In this document: positions 24,750 through 34,444 of the stretch, one piece after another
How the letters are laid out: each line of letters starts with the position of its first letter
Position numbering within the stretch: the stretch's first letter is position 1
DNA from: Bacteroidota bacterium
Lineage (GTDB): Bacteria; Bacteroidota; Bacteroidia; Bacteroidales; UBA4417
DNA length: 64,000 nt
Assembly (NCBI GenBank): GCA_037142075.1
Contig: JBAXBJ010000006.1
Span: 25,266 to 89,265 of the forward strand
Reading direction: 5' to 3'
Notes under the pieces: model-generated
What the model was told of the DNA's origin: nothing
Seen by the model: only the letters and a program-made list of their open reading frames with translations
Database searches by the model: none
Position numbers and translations under genes: made by a program

Positions 24750-26983
24750 GCTTCAGCCTCCTTTCCTGGATCTTTAGTTAAAAATGTCACAAAATTACCC
24801 CTCATGCCGGTTCCGCCCATTGTGGGATCCATCATTACGTTTGTAATAAGTTCAGTGTCGTTAACACCGCGGCCATTGGCAAGATGCAAAGGTTCATGAT
24901 GATGCCCGAAACCATGCACTATATATACCGAATCCCAGCGTATGCGTTCGGTGAGCCTCACTTTTACAGGAAATTTCGAAACAACTCCGTCCTGGTTTTT
25001 AAGCCACACATACTGGTCTTTCCTGATTCCCCATATTCCTGCAACCTGTGGACTAATCCAAACAGAGTTTTCGGGCATAAGCGCGACCAGGTTCGGGTTA
25101 TTGGCCGTGCGGCTGAATGTATGCATGGGAGCACGGCCATAGATCAGCCTGTAAAATCCTTCCTGTGGTTCGGGATGCTGAGTGAAAACAGGCATGGGAT
25201 CAAATCCCGCAGCTTCCATTTCGTGCGAATACAATTGTATTTTGCCAGAAGTAGTTTTGAACGTATGAATTGTACCTGTTTCGAAATAAGGAGAACTCTT
25301 GCGTGGTATTTTTTTAACACCAATCCGCTTCATCTCGTCGAGTGACGAACCAACCTGTTTCAACTGCCAGTCAAGAACTTCAGAGAAATCTTTATAATTG
25401 TAAAAAGCACCTAAGCCCAGGCGTTCGCCCAGTTGTTTTGTTATCCACCATGCAGGTTTTGTTTGATTTTTCGGCTCGGCCGCAGGCATACGCAAGGCAA
25501 GCGTAGGCTCACGATGGGCGGTGGCGCGGATATCATCATACCTTTCGAGGTATGTGCATTCGGGTAATACAACATCGGCAAAACCTGTAATTTCCATCGG
25601 CATTGTATCAACAACAACCAATAATTCAAGCGAATCCATGGCTTTAAGGAGTTGTTCCTTCATTGGAACAGATGCAATCAGGTTGGTACCTGCAACAATC
25701 CATCCTTTTATTTTTGCTTCCTTTCCGTCGGCAGGAATAGATGATTCAATAACCAGGTTGGTAGGGGCTTCGTTAGCCAAAGGGTATTTGCCATTGAGTA
25801 GATCTTTCCACGTCCAGGCTGGTTTCGGGTATTCGGCATGTGGAAATTCAGGTATCTTAATTCCTTCTTTCAGGAAAAGACCACCCCTGTTACCCCAAGA
25901 ACCGAGCAATGCATTCAGTATTGCGATAGCCCTGGATCGCTGTACATCGTCGCCGTACCAGGCAGCATGACGTCCGGGGTGAATAATTACCGAAGGAGCT
26001 GCATTTGCCATTTCACGGGCAGTAGTGCGAATCAGATCGGGTTTCAGCGTGGTAATTCCATAGGCCCATTCGGGAGTAAAAGATTTAACATGAGCTTTTA
26101 ACTCTTCAAATCCTTCAGCATAGGTTTCTACATAGTCCTTATTATACAGTTCGTCATAAATCAGAACATGTATCCATGACAATAATAAAGCTATATCCGT
26201 TGAAGGTTTTATCGGCAGCCAGAATTTTGATTTTGAAGCCGCTGTCGAAAGGCGTGGATCGACAGTTATAATGACAGCGCCATTGTCAATGGCCTGGCTC
26301 ATTTCCTGTACCTGTCCGTTATGCATGTTTTCACCAATGTGCGAACCGATAAGCACAAGGCATTTTGCGTCGCGGATATCGGTCACTTCGGGACTGCTGA
26401 CTGACTCGCCAAATGTAGCCTCGAAACCAACATCGCGGGCTCCGCGGCATTGCGCAAATGAAGGAGCAGCAAGATTGGCAGTGCCATAGGCTTTCATCAG
26501 GTGCGAGAAATGGGGAGCTGGTCCGCCATGCATGAACAATGCCATGCTTTCAGGACCATATTTGGCTTTGAGATCCGACATTTTTGCGGCTATAAAACCG
26601 AGTGCTTCATCCCAGCTTGCTTCGCGATAGGTTTGTTTGCCATCTTTAGTAACACGTATCAGTGGAGTTTTGAGCCTGTCAGGATCGCTGAACATGCCAA
26701 CACCACCGGTGCCACGCGGGCAAAGCCTGCCGTTGCATTGCGGGTCATCATCATTCCCGGTGATCTTTTTTATATTTCCATCTTTGGTGACGTGAGCCCA
26801 GGCAGCGCATTTCCAGAAACATACTTCGCAATAGGTCGGAATTCTGCGCAGGGTCTCTGTTTCATTTTCGCTGTCGTCACCAAACAAAGATGAACCCAGC
26901 ACAGCTTTGGCAGCACCAGCCGTCACGGCAGTGGCTCCGAGGCCTAACGCTGAAATTTTAATAAAATCTCTCCTTGTCTTCAT
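24746..26983 (-). CDS. Tat-exported molybdopterin oxidoreductase catalytic subunit, PsrA/PhsA (polysulfide/thiosulfate reductase) type
   Basis: 745 aa. Twin-arginine signal MKTRRDFIKISALGLGATAVTAGAAKA. N-terminal Fe-S motif CEVCFWKC...CPRG. A/B/C operon architecture. Substrate not determinable from sequence alone. Confidence 0.8.
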   Translation of the reverse strand: MKTRRDFIKISALGLGATAVTAGAAKAVLGSSLFGDDSENETETLRRIPTYCEVCFWKCAAWAHVTKDGNIKKITGNDDDPQCNGRLCPRGTGGVGMFSDPDRLKTPLIRVTKDGKQTYREASWDEALGFIAAKMSDLKAKYGPESMALFMHGGPAPHFSHLMKAYGTANLAAPSFAQCRGARDVGFEATFGESVSSPEVTDIRDAKCLVLIGSHIGENMHNGQVQEMSQAIDNGAVIITVDPRLSTAASKSKFWLPIKPSTDIALLLSWIHVLIYDELYNKDYVETYAEGFEELKAHVKSFTPEWAYGITTLKPDLIRTTAREMANAAPSVIIHPGRHAAWYGDDVQRSRAIAILNALLGSWGNRGGLFLKEGIKIPEFPHAEYPKPAWTWKDLLNGKYPLANEAPTNLVIESSIPADGKEAKIKGWIVAGTNLIASVPMKEQLLKAMDSLELLVVVDTMPMEITGFADVVLPECTYLERYDDIRATAHREPTLALRMPAAEPKNQTKPAWWITKQLGERLGLGAFYNYKDFSEVLDWQLKQVGSSLDEMKRIGVKKIPRKSSPYFETGTIHTFKTTSGKIQLYSHEMEAAGFDPMPVFTQHPEPQEGFYRLIYGRAPMHTFSRTANNPNLVALMPENSVWISPQVAGIWGIRKDQYVWLKNQDGVVSKFPVKVRLTERIRWDSVYIVHGFGHHHEPLHLANGRGVNDTELITNVMMDPTMGGTGMRGNFVTFLTKDPGKEAEA

Positions 26984-27007
26984 GTGATTTTATTCTTTTA
27001 ACAATCA

Positions 27008-27030
27008 GTCATTTAGAGCATTCAAATGAC
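27008..27030. promoter_or_regulatory. Inverted repeat GTCATTT-N9-AAATGAC just upstream of the psrA-like start
   Basis: Perfect 7-bp arms read directly, 25-47 nt upstream of the start at 26983. Confidence 0.3.
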
Positions 27031-27427
27031 TTTCTATTGTTTATTGAATAACAAAGGTATTGTAATCTTAATCACTTACGAAAAATGTTAAACATATAAC
27101 TATATACGTATCATACTGATATTGTGCTAGTTAAAATTGTATTTAAATCGAAGACAATATTGAAATATATACATAATGCACAGTATCAGGCAAATACGCT
27201 CTTCTTTAGAATCCTTATAAATTCAATACATAAAATCTATGTATCAGAATATGAGGGCATTACGATTAAATATAACTACTCAAAGTATAAACTGTCACAG
27301 AACATAAAAAAAAATGATATATAGCAACTGCGTACAAATGCCTCCATGCTAATATCATGCACTATTCAATTTGAAGATAGGACATTTCTATGTATCTTTA
27401 CAAAATAATCTCATTTCCGATAACTCT

Positions 27428-30235
27428 ATGAGAGTAACCTGTATCATAATCTTCCTGGTGTTCTTGTGTACCGATTCAGCATTTTCACAAACAAAAAACG
27501 ATCCCGGGAATGGGAAATTTCTAATCGGTTTCTCCCAATGCACAACAGGCGATGCCTGGCGTAGGTCAATGGACCAGGAAATGCAAAATGAGCTACTTTA
27601 TTATCCTAACTTACAACTTCTTATTAAAGATGCTGAAAACAGCAGTAAAAAACAGGTGAATGATATCCGGGAATTACTAGCTGCAGGGATTGACTTGCTC
27701 ATTATTTCGCCGAATGAATCACAACCACTTACTGGTATTGTAAGTGAAGTATACAAAAAAGGCATTCCGGTAATTCTTATCGATCGTAAAATCGAATCGG
27801 GCGATTACTCTGCATTTATTGGCGGAAACAGTTACCAGATTGGGAAAGAAGCCGGAATTTATGCCGTGAAGTTGTTGAAAGGGAAAGGGCGTATTGTTGA
27901 AATTTCAGGTCTTGAGGGTTCATCGCCTGCCAAAGAACGGCACAAAGGTTTTGTTGAGGAAATTTCTAAGGCACCAGGAGTTACAATTACCAAATCATTA
28001 TCCGGGGAATGGGAAGTAGCTGTCAGCGGGAAGGTCATGAAGAACTATCTTGAGACGAACGAGCCTTTTGATCTTGTTTTTGCCCACAACGATGTTATGG
28101 CGCTTGGCGCTTATAATGTGTATTTTCAGAAGTACGGGAAGAAAAATGCTTTCTTTATCGGAGTTGATGGTTTACCTGGAACAGGATGTGGTATTGAGGC
28201 GGTAATGGACAGGAAACTTAATGCGACATTGCTTTATCCAACTGGTGGCAGCCTGGCTATTTCGCTGGCCTGGGATTTGCTGAACAATTTACCGGTAGAA
28301 AAAGAGAATATACTGAATACGCTGGTTATTGATTCGACTAATGTGCGGGCTTTGAAATTCCAGACCGATGAGATACTGAATCTTCACAACAGAATTGTTA
28401 ATTCCCGGAAAATCCTGGATGAACAGGTTAAAAAATACCTGAGCCAGCGGTTCTGGTTAATTGTGGCGCTCAGTTCGCTGTTCCTGGTGATTGTTCTGAT
28501 TGTTTTACTTTTCAGGGGATTCAGAAATAAAGCTAAAGCCAATCTTAAACTCGAAGTTCAGAAACAAGCCATCACCCGGCAAAACGAGGAACTGCGTAAT
28601 ATTTCACTCGAGCTGGAAGAAGCCACAAAGGCCAAGCTGGTTTTTTTTACAAATATCTCACACGAATTCCGCACACCGCTTACCTTAATGATAGGGCCCC
28701 TGGAAAATATTCTCTCGGATAGCAAACTTTCAATTTCATTCCGAAGCCAGTTGCAGATGATGCTGCGCAATGCCACACGATTGCTCAGGATGATAAACCA
28801 ATTGATGGATTTGAGGAAGGTTGAAGATGAAAAGATGAAAATCAAGGCCGGTGAATACGACATTGTCAGTTTTACAACTGGAATTAAGGAAGCTTATGAT
28901 GAACTGGCGGCCAGAAAAAATATCTGTTTCAAACTCAATACCGCGCAAAACAGACAACTTGTCTATTTTGACAGGGATAAGGTTGATAAGATCCTTTTTA
29001 ACCTGCTTTCGAATGCTTTTAAATTTACTTCCGAGTCGGGAAGTATTGATATTAATATCAACAAGGTGCAGCACAACTTTACTGGCGTTGAGAAAGAAGC
29101 TGTTGAAATTGAAATCCGGGATAATGGAATTGGAATAGCAGAGGATAGCCTGAATAAGATTTTTGAACGGTTTTACCAGGTTGAACAGAACAAAGGAAAT
29201 ATTGTGGCTGGCACAGGAATTGGTTTGCCCCTGTCGAAAGGTTTTGTCGATCTGCATCATGGTGATATTACTGTAAAAAGCAAAAAAGGCAAAGGATCCA
29301 TTTTTACTGTCTATTTCCAGTTAGGGAAAGCTCACTTTACAGAAGAAGAAATAAGTAATGAAGATCTTGAATTTACCAGGATTGACAAACAGATATTCCC
29401 TGAATTAAACCAGGAAGATGCGGATGTTGAAAACATGAATCAAACGCATATTACGAACGACTATGAGAACATGCCGCTTTTATTGATCGTTGAGGATAAC
29501 GCAGATGTAAGTAAATTCATCAAATCATGCTTGGTTGACAATTACAGGATAATGACAGCCTCAAATGGAATAGAAGCCTTTGAGAAGATTTACATTGACC
29601 AGCCCGACCTGATAATAAGCGATGTGATGATGCCGGAAATGGATGGCCTGGAGTTCACTAAAAAGCTGAAGTCCGATATCCGCACCAGCCATATTCCGGT
29701 AATATTGCTCACAGCTTTATCATCACATGAAAGTAAAATTGAAGGCCTCGAAACGGGAGCGGATTCTTATATAGCTAAGCCTTTCAATAAAAAACACCTA
29801 CAGGTACGTGTAAAACAACTTATTGAGAACCGGCAGAAAATCCGGAAACATTACCAGCAGGATGTGATAACCCAGTTTGTGAAGGAAAATAAAATATCGC
29901 AACTGGATAGCAGTTTCCTGAAAAAGTGCAATGCCATCATTGAAAAGCATTTAACGGATAATGAATACGGCGTGGAACAGATGAGCGTAGAGATGAGCCT
30001 ATCGAGAGTGCATGTTTACCGGAAAATTAAACACCTTACCGGCCTGACAGTTAGTGAGTTTATACGTAATATCAAACTAAAAAAAGCAGCGGTTATGTTG
30101 CAGGAAAGTGGGAAAAACATCGCCGAAGTCGCCTATGAAACCGGGTTTTCAAGCCCTTCGTATTTTTCAAAATGTTTTAAAGATTTATATAATATATCTC
30201 CTACTGAGTTTGTTCAGAATAATATTTCTGAGTAA
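27428..30235 (+). CDS. Hybrid two-component system (HTCS) sensor/regulator with periplasmic sugar-binding (PBP-type) domain; BT1754-like fructose sensor
   Basis: Start trimmed to MRVTCIIIFLVFLCTDSAFSQ. Periplasmic-binding-protein-like domain, then TM FWLIVALSSLFLVIVLIVLLF. H-box FTNISHEFRTPL, an HATPase domain and a receiver (LLLIVEDN...ISDVMMPEMDG). C-terminal AraC HTH. Divergent from a GH32-containing PUL, as in the B. thetaiotaomicron fructan locus. Confidence 0.85.
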   Translation: MRVTCIIIFLVFLCTDSAFSQTKNDPGNGKFLIGFSQCTTGDAWRRSMDQEMQNELLYYPNLQLLIKDAENSSKKQVNDIRELLAAGIDLLIISPNESQPLTGIVSEVYKKGIPVILIDRKIESGDYSAFIGGNSYQIGKEAGIYAVKLLKGKGRIVEISGLEGSSPAKERHKGFVEEISKAPGVTITKSLSGEWEVAVSGKVMKNYLETNEPFDLVFAHNDVMALGAYNVYFQKYGKKNAFFIGVDGLPGTGCGIEAVMDRKLNATLLYPTGGSLAISLAWDLLNNLPVEKENILNTLVIDSTNVRALKFQTDEILNLHNRIVNSRKILDEQVKKYLSQRFWLIVALSSLFLVIVLIVLLFRGFRNKAKANLKLEVQKQAITRQNEELRNISLELEEATKAKLVFFTNISHEFRTPLTLMIGPLENILSDSKLSISFRSQLQMMLRNATRLLRMINQLMDLRKVEDEKMKIKAGEYDIVSFTTGIKEAYDELAARKNICFKLNTAQNRQLVYFDRDKVDKILFNLLSNAFKFTSESGSIDININKVQHNFTGVEKEAVEIEIRDNGIGIAEDSLNKIFERFYQVEQNKGNIVAGTGIGLPLSKGFVDLHHGDITVKSKKGKGSIFTVYFQLGKAHFTEEEISNEDLEFTRIDKQIFPELNQEDADVENMNQTHITNDYENMPLLLIVEDNADVSKFIKSCLVDNYRIMTASNGIEAFEKIYIDQPDLIISDVMMPEMDGLEFTKKLKSDIRTSHIPVILLTALSSHESKIEGLETGADSYIAKPFNKKHLQVRVKQLIENRQKIRKHYQQDVITQFVKENKISQLDSSFLKKCNAIIEKHLTDNEYGVEQMSVEMSLSRVHVYRKIKHLTGLTVSEFIRNIKLKKAAVMLQESGKNIAEVAYETGFSSPSYFSKCFKDLYNISPTEFVQNNISE

Positions 30236-30389
30236 GATGGCAGGGGCAAAGAATATAATAAGATTTCGACCTATAAAAAACAACCTGGAACCTCAATACT
30301 CTTGTTAAAGAAGCATCTTAGTGCCAGGTTGCAACCCAACCTCAATCAATCAACCAATCTTGTTTTAATTTAATATTAAGTAACACCGC

Positions 30390-31973
30390 TTATTTTTTCC
30401 AGATAGAATTCAATTTATAAATAGAACCTGAATCAAGTTGTGCTTTTCCATTTTTACTGTACAAACGGATGCCTGAGAATTCTTCGGTCGGGAAGAAAAT
30501 TTCTGTCATAACCACTTTTCCACTCATGGCAAACAGTTCGACCGAAGCGGCATCAATGATTAAATGCAGATCAACTGAAGAATCATTTAATATGAAAGGT
30601 GCAACGTGAATTCCGCTGAAATCTTTCGAGAAATCGCTATTGCCGGCATTAGTCCTGTTAACATAAAATTCACCTTTGGATTTATCATAGCCAATCAGCA
30701 GGTTTTCGCCTTTTGAATTGTAGAGTTCCAACCCAAAATCTGTTGCAGTTTCGTTTGCAGGAAAAGAAAGCTTCAAGCTAATCTCTATGGGAGATGCAGG
30801 TTGGGAAAGATTTTGTCCCAATTCAAGTATACTTGATATAAGGGCAGGCTTTAATTCTTCCTTGCGCTCATGTAGTTGTTGAATTTCCTGCACAGGAGTT
30901 GAAATCAGGCTGTAATTGTTATTTTCGAAAATTAATTTAAGCTCTCGAGGAAATGTCATGGCACTACGCCATTTTACAGTCGGAACAACCTGTGCATATT
31001 GCCAGTTGCTCATCCAGCCTATTAAAATTCTACGCCCATCAGATTCAGGTATGTTGGAAAATGTAACCCCTGCATAATTATCCTTACCAAAGTCCATCCA
31101 GTGTGTACCAGTTGATTCGTTTGTGAATTTATGTCCATCAAATTGCCCCACAAAATATTGTGTTGCTGATCCTTCGTTGGGTCCTCCGGGATTAATACTT
31201 ACGAGTAAAATCCATTTCTTTTCACTTTTTGAGCTGCCAACAGGTAACTCAAATAAATCGGGGCATTCCCAAACACCGCCATGTGCGCCGATGCCTTTGC
31301 CAAACTCACTTTCCAAAGACCAGTCCTTTAGATTTGGAGACGAGTAAAAACAAACATGGTCGCCTGAAGCCAAAGTCATGATCCACTTTTTAGTTTCGGT
31401 ATTCCACGAAACTTTCGGATCTCGGAAATCGCGCTGCCCGGGGTTCTTCAGTACGGGATTCTTTTCGTATTTGGTCCAGGTTCGGCCTTTGTCGTTACTG
31501 TAAGCGATTCCCTGAGTTTGATAATCATTTCTGCCGGATTTTTCTCCAGCCATATTATGGTACGTATAAATAGCTACCATTGCCGGGTTGTTTGTCTTCC
31601 CAAATCCACTGGTATTATTAATATCTATAACAGCACTTCCTGAAAAAATATAACCAAGACTATCAGGATATAATGCTATTGGGAGATGTTTCCAATATAC
31701 AAGATCGGTGCTTATCGCATGCCCCCAATGCATAGGACCCCAAACCGTGGAATCGGGATAATACTGATAGAATAAATGGTACTCTCCTTCATAATAAACC
31801 ATTCCATTGGGATCGTTCATCCACATAGAATCGGGTGTAAAATGGAAATATGGCCTATATTGTTCCTTAGTAAATATTGCAGTATTATCAGCCTGGGTTG
31901 ACGTAGTACAACTCTCAACAGTAGTCATTAAAACAGAAGCAATAAGAATTGTAAAAAAAGTACTAAATTTCAT
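30390..31973 (-). CDS. Glycoside hydrolase family 32 (exo-fructanase/levanase-like), secreted
   Basis: 527 aa. WMNDPNGMVYYEGEYHLFYQ, FRDPKV and WECPDL catalytic motifs, plus an N-terminal signal/lipobox (VESC). Confidence 0.9.
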   Translation of the reverse strand: MKFSTFFTILIASVLMTTVESCTTSTQADNTAIFTKEQYRPYFHFTPDSMWMNDPNGMVYYEGEYHLFYQYYPDSTVWGPMHWGHAISTDLVYWKHLPIALYPDSLGYIFSGSAVIDINNTSGFGKTNNPAMVAIYTYHNMAGEKSGRNDYQTQGIAYSNDKGRTWTKYEKNPVLKNPGQRDFRDPKVSWNTETKKWIMTLASGDHVCFYSSPNLKDWSLESEFGKGIGAHGGVWECPDLFELPVGSSKSEKKWILLVSINPGGPNEGSATQYFVGQFDGHKFTNESTGTHWMDFGKDNYAGVTFSNIPESDGRRILIGWMSNWQYAQVVPTVKWRSAMTFPRELKLIFENNNYSLISTPVQEIQQLHERKEELKPALISSILELGQNLSQPASPIEISLKLSFPANETATDFGLELYNSKGENLLIGYDKSKGEFYVNRTNAGNSDFSKDFSGIHVAPFILNDSSVDLHLIIDAASVELFAMSGKVVMTEIFFPTEEFSGIRLYSKNGKAQLDSGSIYKLNSIWKK

Positions 31974-32091
31974 TTCGGCATTATTTTAAAATATTTTTAA
32001 TGTATTGCATGTCTATTTTTTTATTCAACCGGACTCAATAGAACTTCTAGTAGATGCAAGTGTAGGAAGTTATTAAGCAAACAACTATACT

Positions 32092-34365
32092 TTATTGAAT
32101 GATAATCTTTCTGGACCTGTTGAAGGAATCGCTTTGCAATTGAAGTATGTATTGACCTTTTGCAAGTTTTGCAGGAAGGCCTTTTATCTGGATTTCTGAA
32201 AGATACTTTTTATTTATAACCTGGTTAAAAACAACTCTGCCATACAAATCTGTTAATTTTATGAGGCCATGATCTATCAACTGAGGACTTTCAGTTTTAA
32301 AAGTAAGTACATCACCCTCCTTTAGCGGATTTGGGTAAACGAAATAGCCTTGCCCTCCGGTTTCTGATTCAGGAACTGCATTTGGTAACTGATCAGGTGT
32401 TATCCCCCAAATGGAATTCATTTTCCATATTTCGAGATTGAGTAAAGTTGCATCATCTTTATCGGAAAATAGCGAAATACCTGTTGTTGTAGGTTTTGTA
32501 TATACCAATGCGGTCAGCACAGTCTGGTAATTATTGGCGAATACTTCGACTGAAGATTGATCCATATAAATATGGAAGTCAATTATGCTATCTGCCGGTA
32601 TCGGTGTGGGTGCATACATTATAGTAGGAAAAGCCTGATTGAAATTTACTAATCCAGCTTTTCTACGATCGATGTATATTTGAGATGTTCCTGCATCATA
32701 CCCAATTATAAGCTTTTGACCAGATGAATCGTTTACTGCCAGATTGATTCCAAAAACCTGGTTTTTCGAATCAATTTTAAAAGATGCTTTAAGTTCAAAA
32801 ACATTCCATTTTGGTTGAATTCCATCTAAAGGTTTATTGCCGCTTACCAATGTATTTCCGATAGAATAATGTTCATTCCTCAGTGTGTTTAGTTCTTCAA
32901 TTGGATGTTGAATTAGCTGATAACCCTCACCTTGATTAATGAGTTGCATAGTCCTGGGAATTGATTCACTTCCTTGCCAGGGATTTGTAGGTACGCTTCG
33001 AGCATACGTCCAATTGCCTAGCCATGCAATCCAGACAGTTCGATCTTTATTATTAATTGAATAATTTCTATAAGCCCTCGCAGCATAGAAATCTCTGCCC
33101 CAATCCACCCAGTTAGCATGTTCAATGTGGCTATCATATAAAACATCAGAAAACATTAATTGATCTACAAGAATATGGCCCCAACCCCCGGTTGCATCAT
33201 CTACAATCTCAATATGTGCAGTTTTGCCTTTCCACTGTGAAACATTCCAACCATTCCAGCGTAAAGTTTCCTGGTTTTGTTGTGAAGTACTCGATGCCAC
33301 AATTATTCCATCTACATAAAGGCTAATTTTAAGAAGACTATTGCTTCCACCACCTATCAGAAAATTTATATGTCTCTTCTGAATTTGGAAATCAGGAGAA
33401 ATCATTTTCCCGGTCGAAATATCCCCATTGTGGTATGAATTGACAAAAGACTTGCCCAAGTAACTATTCACCTGCTGCTGATTTGGCAAAGTTCCACTTG
33501 CCGGACCGCTGCCAAAGGCGTCACCGGTAATTTGCCAATTTCCAAAATTACCACTTTCAAAACCTTCAAACAGTTCGCCTGGTACCTGGTTACCAGTGTA
33601 TAGGTTATCAAGAGTGTCTAACTGGAAAGAAGTTCCATCAAAGTTACCAACCCAATATTGCATTTTATTTGGCCCCATTCCACAAGTCATTACCCATTTC
33701 TTATTCAATGGATCATTATTAAGAGGTAGTTCTATCAAATCGGGAGTTTCCCATACCTGATCTTTTGCTCCACGGTTATTGAAAGAGCTAAGAAACTGCC
33801 ATGTCTTCAGATCCAGAGAACTATAAAGTTCGATTTTTCGATCTACTGCCTTGGCTATAACCATAATCCAACGTTTGGTAGGCTCATACCAAAACACCGA
33901 AGGGTCGCGGAAGTCTTTTTGATCGGCATTAATAACCGGATTTCCGGCATAATAGTCAAATCCAATATGGTTGAGACTACTTGAAATTCCTACTTTTTCA
34001 TAAGCAGTAGCATCGTAATGCATGGTATAAATTGCAACCAAGGCAGTGTCTTGAATTGTATTAAACCCTGCTGAATTATTGATATCAGCTACCACTGAAC
34101 CTGACCAATAGCCAAATCCACCTGGACCACCTTTCATGGCAAAATTGCTATACTCCACCCAATGAACAAGATCATCAGATAAAGCATGGCCCCACCACAT
34201 GAGATGATATTTCCCATCGAAATAAATCATTCCGTTGGGATCGCCCATCCCTCCCCATTGGGGGCTCAAATGATATTGCGGACGGTAATATTCAGCATAA
34301 GTAGTTTGTGCTTCGATATGTGAAACAAAACAAAATGCCAGGATAATCAACAGGGATTTAATCAT
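32092..34365 (-). CDS. Glycoside hydrolase family 32 with an inserted ~145-aa module and a T9SS C-terminal sorting domain
   Basis: 757 aa. MGDPNGMIYFDGKYHLMWW, FRDPSVFW and WETPDL motifs. An insertion at aa ~262-408 lies between QYWVGNFDG and DWGRDFYAA. The last ~85 aa (YFVYPNPLKEGDVLTF...GQYILQLQSD...KIIIQ) look like a Por/T9SS type-A CTD. Confidence 0.85.
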   Translation of the reverse strand: MIKSLLIILAFCFVSHIEAQTTYAEYYRPQYHLSPQWGGMGDPNGMIYFDGKYHLMWWGHALSDDLVHWVEYSNFAMKGGPGGFGYWSGSVVADINNSAGFNTIQDTALVAIYTMHYDATAYEKVGISSSLNHIGFDYYAGNPVINADQKDFRDPSVFWYEPTKRWIMVIAKAVDRKIELYSSLDLKTWQFLSSFNNRGAKDQVWETPDLIELPLNNDPLNKKWVMTCGMGPNKMQYWVGNFDGTSFQLDTLDNLYTGNQVPGELFEGFESGNFGNWQITGDAFGSGPASGTLPNQQQVNSYLGKSFVNSYHNGDISTGKMISPDFQIQKRHINFLIGGGSNSLLKISLYVDGIIVASSTSQQNQETLRWNGWNVSQWKGKTAHIEIVDDATGGWGHILVDQLMFSDVLYDSHIEHANWVDWGRDFYAARAYRNYSINNKDRTVWIAWLGNWTYARSVPTNPWQGSESIPRTMQLINQGEGYQLIQHPIEELNTLRNEHYSIGNTLVSGNKPLDGIQPKWNVFELKASFKIDSKNQVFGINLAVNDSSGQKLIIGYDAGTSQIYIDRRKAGLVNFNQAFPTIMYAPTPIPADSIIDFHIYMDQSSVEVFANNYQTVLTALVYTKPTTTGISLFSDKDDATLLNLEIWKMNSIWGITPDQLPNAVPESETGGQGYFVYPNPLKEGDVLTFKTESPQLIDHGLIKLTDLYGRVVFNQVINKKYLSEIQIKGLPAKLAKGQYILQLQSDSFNRSRKIIIQ

Positions 34366-34382
34366 TTTCAGGTATTAGTTTT

Positions 34383-34424
34383 AAACAGTTGGTATTTCAA
34401 AGAAAACTGAAATACCAACTGTTT
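34383..34424 (-). promoter_or_regulatory. Perfect 17-bp stem hairpin between the surface lipoprotein gene and GH32 (intra-operon RNA structure)
   Basis: aaacagttggtatttca-aagaaaac-tgaaataccaactgttt read directly. No U-tract follows on the transcribed strand, so it is not a classical terminator. Confidence 0.7.
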
Positions 34425-34444
34425 GATGACTCCAAATTATTGAT

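Noticed and set aside
24746-26983. Possible selenocysteine (in-frame TGA) in the molybdopterin subunit
   Set aside because: The ORF is uninterrupted over 745 aa from the Tat signal to the stop, so there is no in-frame TGA to recode.
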